Shown in pieces: positions 54,631 to 64,000 of a stretch of 64,000 nt of DNA (positions within the stretch are counted from its first letter, which is position 1; each line of letters begins with the position of its first letter). The translations under genes and the position numbers were made by a program. Source of the stretch: the human T2T-CHM13v2.0 reference genome, Homo sapiens; the NCBI RefSeq assembly GCF_009914755.1, contig NC_060936.1. One strand, 5' to 3'. Below the pieces are notes generated by a model. That model ran no database searches, was not told where the DNA came from, and was given only the letters and a program-made list of their open reading frames with translations.

Positions 54631-54971
54631 CAGAGAGCAGGAGCTGCCCAGAGGCTTGTGGTCCTGAAAGCTCCTCTCCGGGGAGCTAACCAGGGAGAGG
54701 AGGTACTGAAGAGCGACTAAACTGGCTGCAGCGGAGAGATCAGCCCGAAGGCGTCCTTGAGGAGCATACGGAACTCCAAGGAAGGAGTAGAATAAGGAGC
54801 AGGCAGAGAAACCAGACCCGGTGGAATCTCTAAGAGGTAACAACCGGGTTTGACATGGATCGCTGAAAGCGTCTCTTCTACCATCTGGATGGTCAGGGAG
54901 ACTTGGCTTCTCTGACTGTCCTCTAAGACGCAGATTCACAGAGTTCACTCCAGGAACGGCCAGTGACCGAG
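54630..54971 (+). other. NEUROD4: NEUROD4 non-coding exon 1 (TSS approximate)
   Basis: CpG-enriched segment ending at donor GAG|gtgagc (54971/54972); NeuroD genes typically have one UTR exon and one coding exon. Confidence 0.7.
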
Positions 54972-57669
54972 GTGAGCCAGTGGTTGGGGTGGTAAGGGGG
55001 CTAAAGTTTCTGTGGGAAGTTCCCACTCACCTAGAGGAGCAGTTGGGGTGAGGAAAGTCTCTTCTGGGTAAGGCAGGAGGAAGTGAGATTTAGGAAACTT
55101 GGAATGTAGAAGCTAGTGAGTTGGAACACTTAGGGACAAATATAAACATTTTAAATAATTTTATTAAATTTTATAGCACTTGCCACCCAAAGTGAAACAC
55201 ATAGACACTCACAATCATTTTAATAAAGTGAAGAATACAGATGATCTCCCCCAATTCCTGTCAAAGCCACTCTTTCATTTTGTTAGTGGTGAAAATGTCG
55301 AAAAGTTTAACTGCTTTTCCAAGGTGGCCCAGCAAGTAGGTTGGAAGAATTGACCCAATCCACCACTCTGCTCACAGCATTTTAGGGCTATGCAAGGACG
55401 GAGGGGGAGGCAGGGAAAGGAAAACAGAATGAGGAATCAGAGAAGATTGTGGAAAATCCTCGGGGTAGATTCTCACCATTAACTATTTTGTTTACTAAAA
55501 ATGCTTGAATAGTTGGCACAGGGTGGGGGAAATTTCCTTTTCCTCAGCTCTTTCAGATGGGAAATTAGAAGAAAAAGATTGTCCAAGTATATTTTTCCTT
55601 TCTCTGCTTCACACTCATCATTTGCCCGCAAAAAAAGTATACTCAGAAAATACTAATTAAATGTAAAATACCCACCCCCATTTTTTTGACAGAGGAAGCA
55701 GAGGTGAAATGCTGAAGAACATGCAGGGAAAAATAAGGGACTGAATAACTTCTGTTAACTATTAAGATCTGAGGCAATGGCACCTGAAGTATTACATGGC
55801 TTTGCTGGACAAAATGTGTGTGTATGTGCATGCATGTACATACATGTGCACATATATTAATAAAGGGGAAAATAGTAGAGTAGAAAAGAAGAGCATAGAG
55901 CAAACTACTGGCTTTTTCCAAGCAGTACAACTTGTGAACATCCTGATTTGGATTCTGTCTTTTTAGTGCCAAGACTGTGCAACTCTGGGAAAAGAATTTA
56001 GTCTATTTAGTTCTTAGATTTCCTAGAAACTGGGCTGGACAGCCCCCTTTCTGTTGTATTTAGTCATCGGATCAGGAGGTAAAGAGATTATCACCAGCTT
56101 TTAAGAGGAAAGACACCATCTAACTACCACAAATCCACATGTGAGTTCCCCTTACCTATTAATTAGTTGAAATATCTCCACAATAAATAAAAAATTTGTA
56201 AAAGTGTAGAAAGAATTCCAGGATAGCTTCACATAGTAGTAATGCTTAACGACTTTGGCCCTAGTAGTAAAAATATTCAGTAGTAACAATCATTGCCTAA
56301 GCAAACACTTTGCTAGAACAGATTTAAAATTTTTAAAAATATGAGAAATATTTTGAATTAAAGAGAATTGGCCAAACTTGAAATTTCACTGAAAGACCCT
56401 ATAGAACGAGGAAAATTCTGTTATATTGTGTAGGTATAAAAGAAAATCCAAATACCAAATGGCTAAAAATGGACTTTATAAGACCAGAATGTGTTTATGT
56501 GTATGTGTAGGGAAGGGCCAGATTCTGCCCCTTGAGCCAGTATTCATTGATTTTTGTCATGTTCGAGCCTATTTCCTATGTAATTTGTGAGCTAATTTCT
56601 TTCCTAGGAATTGAGGCAACCTTAAGATGGTATATCATGATGCTTTGTGAGATAGTGCTACAGACTTTCTCAAACAGCTTCTGTAAAACAATTGCCAACC
56701 CTCACATTGGCATAACAATTTTACAAAGTACTTGTGCTTGCATTATCTCCTTATTTTTCATGAAAACTTCTAAATGATGTAGCAAAGACAATCTTATTTT
56801 CATTTTGCCCTAAGGGTACAAAAATTACAATAATTACAATAATTTTTCTGTGCTCCTTTAATGAGTGAATGATGAAACAGTCTTGGTTCCATGCTTCTTT
56901 CAGTACACCTGTGAGATGGTTCCTTAACAGGCTGAAAGCAACATTAGATTTAGGCACCTGTTCTGGAGACAACCCTTGGTTTCTTTGATCACAACTTTTG
57001 TTGTGATCAGTATGTGTGATCACAGTACACATATTTTCAACACTCAAATTTAAAACTAGATGTTTCTATTTTTTTCCTGTTAACCTTTTTGATGCATTGA
57101 AAATATTTAGGTGAAAAAAGTCAGATAAACATTTTTCTTTATATTTCAGGAGTCTTGGCTTTCACTGCTTTCACTTCTCTCTGATAGACACTGCATATTA
57201 TCCTCAGAGCTCTGCCATTTGGTTTTGGTGGGAAAAATTGTATTCGCAATACAGAAGGTTCATGAATCTGAAAATGTATGTGATTGAATAGGAGTGTCAA
57301 GCTAACTGTTTTCTCCCAATTATAAAACAGAGTGAAAGTTTGGGAGCTAACTTCCATCTTGAATATGATGGAAGAGTTCTAGTCAACTCAGTGGAGGCAG
57401 TTGATAGGGCTTGGTTTCCTTACCTCTTGCTACAGAACAGAAACTTTGATTTCAGTTTCAATAGGAGACTGGAGGAGTAGGTGTATTGGGGAATTTTTTC
57501 AAATAGATGTTGAAATGAAGCCATTGGCTTTTGTTGATGCAAAATCAATATTAATAACAGATTCTAATTATACCTATTCTTGTCCAAGTGGCCAGAAAAA
57601 TTCATGGTGATGTTTAGGAGAACAATACCTAAAACTTAACATGAAATTCATGTTGTATGACACTATTCA

Positions 57670-57860
57670 AAATGCTTCAAATATATCAACTCATTTTATG
57701 CTCCTAATAATCCTATGAGGTAGGACTGTTATTATTCTCATTTTAAGGAGAAGGAGACTGAGGCAGATAAGGGTTATGAAACTGGCCTAAATTCATGTAT
57801 CTAGTGAGTAGTGGAGCTGAAGTTTGAATCCAGGTAATCTGACACTGGAGTCTGTGCTAT
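57670..57860 (-). mobile_element. MIR
   Basis: attattctcattttaaggagaaggagactgaggcag...tttgaatccagg. Confidence 0.75.
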
Positions 57861-60339
57861 CTATCCCACCATGGGAAAAATGATAGGCTACTGAGTAACT
57901 GTCAGATGATTTTCTAAACCAATCAGAGGTAATATCCAGATAATAAGAGACACACTAGTTGATACAGTCTGTTTTATTATTCATCTGTGAGAAATAATTT
58001 TTATTTTTGAATAAGCAAACGTGTGTGAATAGATTAGATAAGAAAACCCAAGAATAAACAGGAAATAAATGTATAGATGTTTTATAGCATTTACAGCTAT
58101 AAAATTTTTTATTATATTTTTCTCTTACAAGAATCACATAACCTGTATGTTAGCCTTATTTTATTAGAGGAAATGGAAGAACAGATAACTTTATATAATG
58201 TGTTTGGGATCAACAACCCAGGAATTAGAAGAATTGGGACTAGAGTTCACATTTGTGTTATTCTAGCTTCCATTCTTTTGAAACCATACTATATACTCAT
58301 GGGATTCTCTTGGAAGTTAATGGACCGGCACCTGTGAGAACAGAGGAAGTTAAACTGGAGCCATCTGTGTCCTTCCCATGATTAGTAAGAGAACAAAGGT
58401 GAAAGAAAACTGGTTGACCTTTTCATTACTTTGGCCAAAGCCAGTTGATTCTTTTCCTTTATACCCACCAACAAGCTGATTTGAAAGCAGCTCCTTGACT
58501 CTTACAGAAACCATTAAATATGTTAGAAGTAAAAGATGGTCTATTCTATCCTCCCAATCTCACTTATTTTGATGTGTGTGAATATTGACAGATCTTAAAA
58601 AGAGTCCAGAGGTATAGAGGTAGGGATGGTGAAAAAGGCTAAATCCCCCACCTAGGATGGTATTCAGATCCAGGGACAATTCAGGAGACTCTCCTCTCTT
58701 GCACCTTCCTTCTTTCCTTCCTTCTCTCCTTTTCATGCATCTCAGTATGAGCCAGTGATCATAATGATAATGAAGATAAGAGAATGAGGATAAGGAGAAA
58801 AAGGGGGAGGATGAGGAAGAGATGATGATCTCTTGGATGATGATCACTCCTGTTGACTCATTTCTATTGCTGTACATCTCCTGAAGCCAAAGTGCCTTTC
58901 TTTCTTCCTATAGCTGTGATAGAAGAAGAACAAGGAAAATAAAAACATAAAACCTAAGATGTAAAATAAGAAGAATTAATTTTATGTCCCACTCCACCAG
59001 AACTATATCTTTGCATTTCCATCACTTAAACTACCTGACCCACAGTGACCTTGAGTATAAAATGAGCATAAAAATTTCTATCTCCCTCAAAGGTTTTCTA
59101 TAAGAAACATATGAATTAATGGATACAAAAGTGCTCTGTAAACTTTAAAATGCTACACAAATGTTATTATAATTACATGGGGAGCATTAGGTTTCCCAAG
59201 CCCACTCCATCCTTTTTGGCCTTAGAGTGCACCTGCCTCTGGAAGAGCTGTGTTACTTTAACAGAAAGTTAATTAGGTTCTTTACCCTCCCTCTGGATAT
59301 CTGCCTGAGTTAGAAGTGCAGCTCAGCACACAAGCTCTATCATCCATATTAAAAGTGGGATTTTCTGAGTTGGCCTGGGCAGCTAGTTGACCAATAAGTT
59401 CCAATGTGTGTTTTCAATAAAGCTGCTTACCCAGGAAGCCTTATTAAGTGAGTAAGTCAAGCTGACATGATTTCCGTGCTGATTAACATGAAACCTAGGC
59501 TGCTTTCGCAATGCAGTTACATTAATTATTTATAGGAGGTAAATGAGGTTACAAGGAAAACAAGCTCCAATTACCAGAAACAAATCAAATAATATATCTT
59601 TATTTTTAAAAGCTATGTACTAATCCCTGGGTTCATTGATTTGAGGCTCAAGCATCAAAGAACAGAAAACATTTATTACATTCTCCTCTTTCTCATAATA
59701 AAAGGTGATAGTGGGTTTAATATTTCAAAGAGTAGCTGGTAAACTGGGATGCCCCAATGGAGCTTATCAGATACTTTTATTTGGTAAACCATATGCCTAA
59801 AAATTGCTTAGCAAACTTTAAAACAATTCAAACTCTTCCAGAATTGAATGCAAAATGTTTACTAAATCACTAGTCTCTTCTGGTTTTCAAATAGTGAATT
59901 TTGCATACAAAATTCTGATTAAACAGTGTGTTAGTGAATTAAAGTAGTCAGGCTATTCCTGTGTTTGCCTGAAATAGTCCTCACTTGTGTTAGCAGTCAC
60001 TATGTTCTGTTCCACTAGTTCCACTAGTTCCACTAGTATTTGTTCCAGATTTTTCATTTTAAATAAAGTATTATTATAGTAGTTGTACTAAACCTTGGAT
60101 GGGTTTGGTAGACCACTGGCTGCACTCCTAGCTGTTGCCATTGTCTTGTCTGACAGTGTGAGATGCATGTGCAAAGAGATCTCACTTTAACATATGGGCA
60201 AATTTGAAAGATGAGCAGTGATAACCCTCCTTTCTTTTCATGATCCTTTCAAGATGCCATGTCACTAACACTTCTAACATAACTCACACTAGACAGAACA
60301 CAAAGTGCTTACTGAAAAACAGAATGCTCCTCTGGTGAT

Positions 60340-60420
60340 AGTGAGAGTAATGTTTGATGGTCACGTGTTGGACCAGCCAGTGAGAGTAATGTTTGATGGT
60401 CACATGTTGGACCAGCCAGT
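60340..60420. repeat. 39-bp tandem duplication (2 copies, 1 mismatch)
   Basis: agtgagagtaatgtttgatggtcac(g/a)tgttggaccagcc at 60340-60378 and 60379-60417. Confidence 0.95.
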
Positions 60421-61097
60421 TGTCTCATGGACAACTTGAAGGAGATGATTGAGGCCACCAGTTAGCAATACTGGTGAGAAACATCGGGTATTATAGGCTA
60501 GATGGATGTGAAATGCTTCTAAATACAGGTTGAGTAGTCTCTTGTAGAACACATACAAAGTAGTCTGAATGATCTTGCTACAGTTTTTTATTTTGTATGG
60601 TGTAAATATACAACAGTGTGCTTATTTGACTATTTGATGGGTTTTTTATTTTGTAGTAACAATAATTATTACACACATAGACTTATTTTTAGCATGCTCT
60701 TTCACTTTCAGAAATTTCTCTACTTGGACAGTAATTTATATACTCACCTCATTTTTTCCCTTTTATGTTCTGGATTCTGGAAAGAAAGAAAAATATATCT
60801 TTGGACTGGTATATCAGTCATTTTTGTATAAAATATTCATGAGATAAAAAATCTAAGAATAAAAACAGGCACTAACACTGCAATGAATAATCAAGTCAAT
60901 TTTCTTTTTCTATAATATATTTTCTTATACTATGCCATAACTAAAGGAGTATTCTGGGAATTTCTTTCAGTTTTGGACTGGTCATTTAGAATGGAAGACT
61001 TGGACAAGATAATTACATATAAAAAACTTTAGTTTCAAATAAAATCAGGTACTCACAGGAATTAACCTTTGATATTTCCCTTTTCCAGAGTCTGGAA

Positions 61098-62093
61098 ATG
61101 TCAAAAACTTTTGTAAAATCCAAGGAGATGGGAGAGCTAGTCAACACACCATCCTGGATGGATAAAGGTCTGGGCTCCCAAAATGAGGTGAAGGAGGAAG
61201 AGAGCAGACCAGGTACTTATGGGATGCTCAGCAGCTTAACTGAAGAGCATGACAGTATTGAGGAAGAAGAAGAAGAGGAAGAAGATGGGGAGAAACCTAA
61301 GAGAAGGGGTCCCAAGAAAAAGAAGATGACCAAAGCTCGCCTTGAGAGATTCAGGGCTCGAAGAGTCAAGGCTAATGCCAGAGAACGGACCCGGATGCAT
61401 GGCCTGAATGACGCCCTGGATAACCTGAGGCGAGTCATGCCATGCTACTCTAAAACCCAAAAACTTTCCAAGATAGAGACTCTTAGACTGGCCAGGAACT
61501 ATATTTGGGCTTTATCTGAAGTCCTGGAGACTGGCCAGACACCTGAAGGGAAAGGCTTTGTGGAGATGCTGTGTAAAGGGCTCTCTCAGCCCACAAGCAA
61601 CCTGGTGGCTGGATGTCTCCAACTGGGCCCTCAGTCTGTCCTCCTGGAGAAGCACGAGGATAAATCTCCTATTTGTGACTCTGCCATCTCTGTCCACAAC
61701 TTCAACTATCAGTCTCCGGGGCTTCCTAGCCCTCCTTATGGTCATATGGAAACACATCTCCTTCATCTCAAGCCCCAAGTATTCAAGAGTTTGGGAGAAT
61801 CGTCCTTTGGGAGCCATCTGCCTGACTGCAGTACACCCCCTTATGAGGGCCCACTCACTCCACCCCTGAGCATCAGTGGGAACTTCTCCTTGAAGCAAGA
61901 TGGGTCTCCTGACCTAGAAAAATCCTACAGCTTCATGCCACATTACCCTTCTTCAAGTCTAAGCTCAGGGCATGTGCATTCAACTCCTTTTCAGGCTGGT
62001 ACCCCCCGTTATGATGTTCCTATAGACATGTCCTATGATTCCTACCCCCATCATGGTATTGGGACCCAACTCAATACAGTCTTCACTGAGTGA
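61098..62093 (+). CDS. NEUROD4: Neurogenic differentiation factor 4 (Math3/ATOH3), bHLH transcription factor, 331 aa
   Basis: Acidic tract, basic KRRGPKKKK, NeuroD b[45 protein letters not shown], NeuroD C-terminal motifs ([33 protein letters not shown]); acceptor cccttttccag|AG at 61089. Confidence 0.98.
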   Translation: MSKTFVKSKEMGELVNTPSWMDKGLGSQNEVKEEESRPGTYGMLSSLTEEHDSIEEEEEEEEDGEKPKRRGPKKKKMTKARLERFRARRVKANARERTRMHGLNDALDNLRRVMPCYSKTQKLSKIETLRLARNYIWALSEVLETGQTPEGKGFVEMLCKGLSQPTSNLVAGCLQLGPQSVLLEKHEDKSPICDSAISVHNFNYQSPGLPSPPYGHMETHLLHLKPQVFKSLGESSFGSHLPDCSTPPYEGPLTPPLSISGNFSLKQDGSPDLEKSYSFMPHYPSSSLSSGHVHSTPFQAGTPRYDVPIDMSYDSYPHHGIGTQLNTVFTE

Positions 62094-64000
62094 GGCAGTT
62101 AAGTTCAATGTTTCAGAGAATGACGTGGAGACATTTTCCATAATTCAAGTGGTTGAGCTAAAGATTCAATGACCTTAAAGGATCCCTATGGATATATATC
62201 AAACAATAGTTCAAGTCCATTTAGGCTTTCCTTCACCTATCACCTCTTTTCTCATCACCTTCTCACATTGCATTGATTTCTTTATAGAGTCCTCAAGTGA
62301 AAATATTTGATGATTTAACAACCATGTGAAAATAGAACAGAAGACCTGGGCCCTATTCCAGTGGTGCCAAAAACTCATTGCATAATCTGTGCCAATTAAT
62401 TTTCCATTTCTGGCCTTTGTTTATTTACTAGCAATTGTAAATAAACAAATTGTATTTATATGAGGCAACTATTCTAAGTCCAGATGATTTCTAAAGTCCT
62501 TCACAGTTCTGAAATGCTATAACTGTGGTGATCACTCTTGACAATTTCTTGAAACTGAAAGAATAGAGAAATAATAGGAAAGGGATGCTATGCATAGAAT
62601 GATCAAATTGAATTATCAGAGGGATCACAAGGTACATGTCTCTTGGCTCACAGAATGCAAAGCTTGTTTGGATTTAATGATAGGACCTCTTTGTATCTAT
62701 TGAAAAATAGCTTCTGGAAGCTAAAAGTCTAACATGGCTGTCACTGTGAAGAACAAAACATGTTCGTTAAGAGACTAACTCTATTTGTTATTAGACTAAA
62801 AGTTGAACATATCTTCCTTATGATTTGAAGAACCATAATAGAGAACCATAATAGAGGCCTCATGCCAACTTTATTCTTGATAATATTTCAAAACCATTTT
62901 TCTCAGTACTAGAGGTAGGGCAAACAAGTCACTGAAGCCTCAGACTCCTATAACTAATGGGACATAGAGAAGTCTTTTAGACCATGACCTCCATAACCAG
63001 AGGGCTCTGGAACTTCTGATGAAGCTCAGGTGCTGCTGTTAGAATCAGCACACAACACAGGTTTATATTAAAGAGCAATAAAATAGCTATTGGCTATAAT
63101 AACTACTATAGTTCAGGGACTCTCTCCAGCTCACAGTTGCCCATGGGAAAAACCAATGGATTTTTTTTTAAGCAAGATGAATTTCATTTGGTTAAACGTG
63201 ATTAAAACCATCCACCTCTGTCCACACCAATATATTTTCCAGAAGCACAAGCACCAATCAATTTATTGATCAAGGTTAAATTTTTCCAACATATATGTAG
63301 TTCCTTATCTCTCCCCCTACACTAATTGTTACCTCTTCCTCACTTCTAAGATAGAATATGTTATTATATATTGTAAATAACATTTCAGGTGACCAAACTT
63401 AAGGATGCAGAAATGAAATCCAAGGTTGGTGAATATTTTTACCAACTATGTCTTCATCACAGGTTTAACCCAATTTGCAGAGTGTTTATTTTTCTTTATG
63501 TAACTCCTTTTTCCTTTATATCAATGCTAACTTCATCAAATTTGTATTTTTTTTCAGAAAATGGGACCTGAGAAATTTTCCTATCTTGTTCAATCAGCCA
63601 GGACAGTTATTTAAGTCAAACCAGAGCCTGAATGGCTTATTTGATAGTAGATTAGGTCCTGCTCCTGCCAGAAAGGATAAGTTTAACATGCAGGGTACAT
63701 CAATAGGGCCAATTTAAAAAATGATAACACATATTAGTATGTCATTTTCTATAGCTCAGCTATCCCCTAAAATCTGCCAACTATATGTGTATCTTGTCTG
63801 TTTACCTCTCTTATTTATTATCTCCATACAGTATAAGTTATTTTTTTTCCATTTTGCTCTCAGCACTTACCCTGCTGTATTTTGCACCCTTGGTTTGTAA
63901 ATTCACTTGAAAGTAGCCTTGCAGAGAGATCTTAAGCCCCATCAGTCACCAAAGTGGTTCCCTTCATCACAATCTGCCCTAGAGGAAATAGGCAAGTAAA
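62094..64000 (+). other. NEUROD4: NEUROD4 3'UTR (likely continues past window; internal AATAAA at 62440 and 63077)
   Basis: AT-rich sequence after the stop codon with no recognised repeats and several miRNA seed matches. Confidence 0.75.

Noticed and set aside
54253-55026. 132-155 aa ORFs across the NEUROD4 promoter on both strands
   Set aside because: Expected in GC-rich promoter DNA; no homology recognised and the two plus-strand ORFs start at non-ATG codons
60340-60420. CRISPR-like direct repeat
   Set aside because: Only two adjacent copies with no spacer, in a eukaryotic intron
61217-61898. Antisense and alternate-frame ORFs inside NEUROD4
   Set aside because: Shadows of the real CDS

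Overview
Mammalian (almost certainly human; Alu, THE1 and L1PA content) genomic DNA carrying two divergently oriented genes. On the minus strand is the 5' part of TESPA1. I reconstructed six coding exons by hand (9050-9212, 8127-8169, 2469-2518, 1809-1862, 1014-1050, 679-777). All have GT-AG boundaries and splice into one frame of 148 codons, with a non-coding first exon ending near 19245. On the plus strand is NEUROD4: a non-coding exon 1 ending at 54971, a single coding exon with CDS 61098-62093 (331 aa bHLH), and a 3'UTR probably running off the window. The ~35 kb between the genes is mostly transposon-derived (Alu, L1, L2, MIR, MER1B, Tigger3b, MLT1, MER57, a solo THE1 LTR and a complete THE1 element) and contains a near-consensus CTCF motif. 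I see no new protein-coding system, and almost all other ORFs in the track are repeat-derived or chance. The most unusual unexplained structure is an ungapped 86-bp inverted repeat (79/86 identical, 1.3 kb apart) in TESPA1 intron 1. It sits just upstream of the start-codon exon, and one arm contains a consensus splice donor. Other leads are an in-frame uORF in TESPA1, uORFs with a bypassing donor in NEUROD4 exon 1, DUX4-type motifs in sense THE1 LTRs upstream of NEUROD4, a palindromic E-box/octamer composite, and paired miR-96 sites. Repeat subfamily names and most repeat edges are by eye and approximate. All regulatory calls are motif-level hypotheses.
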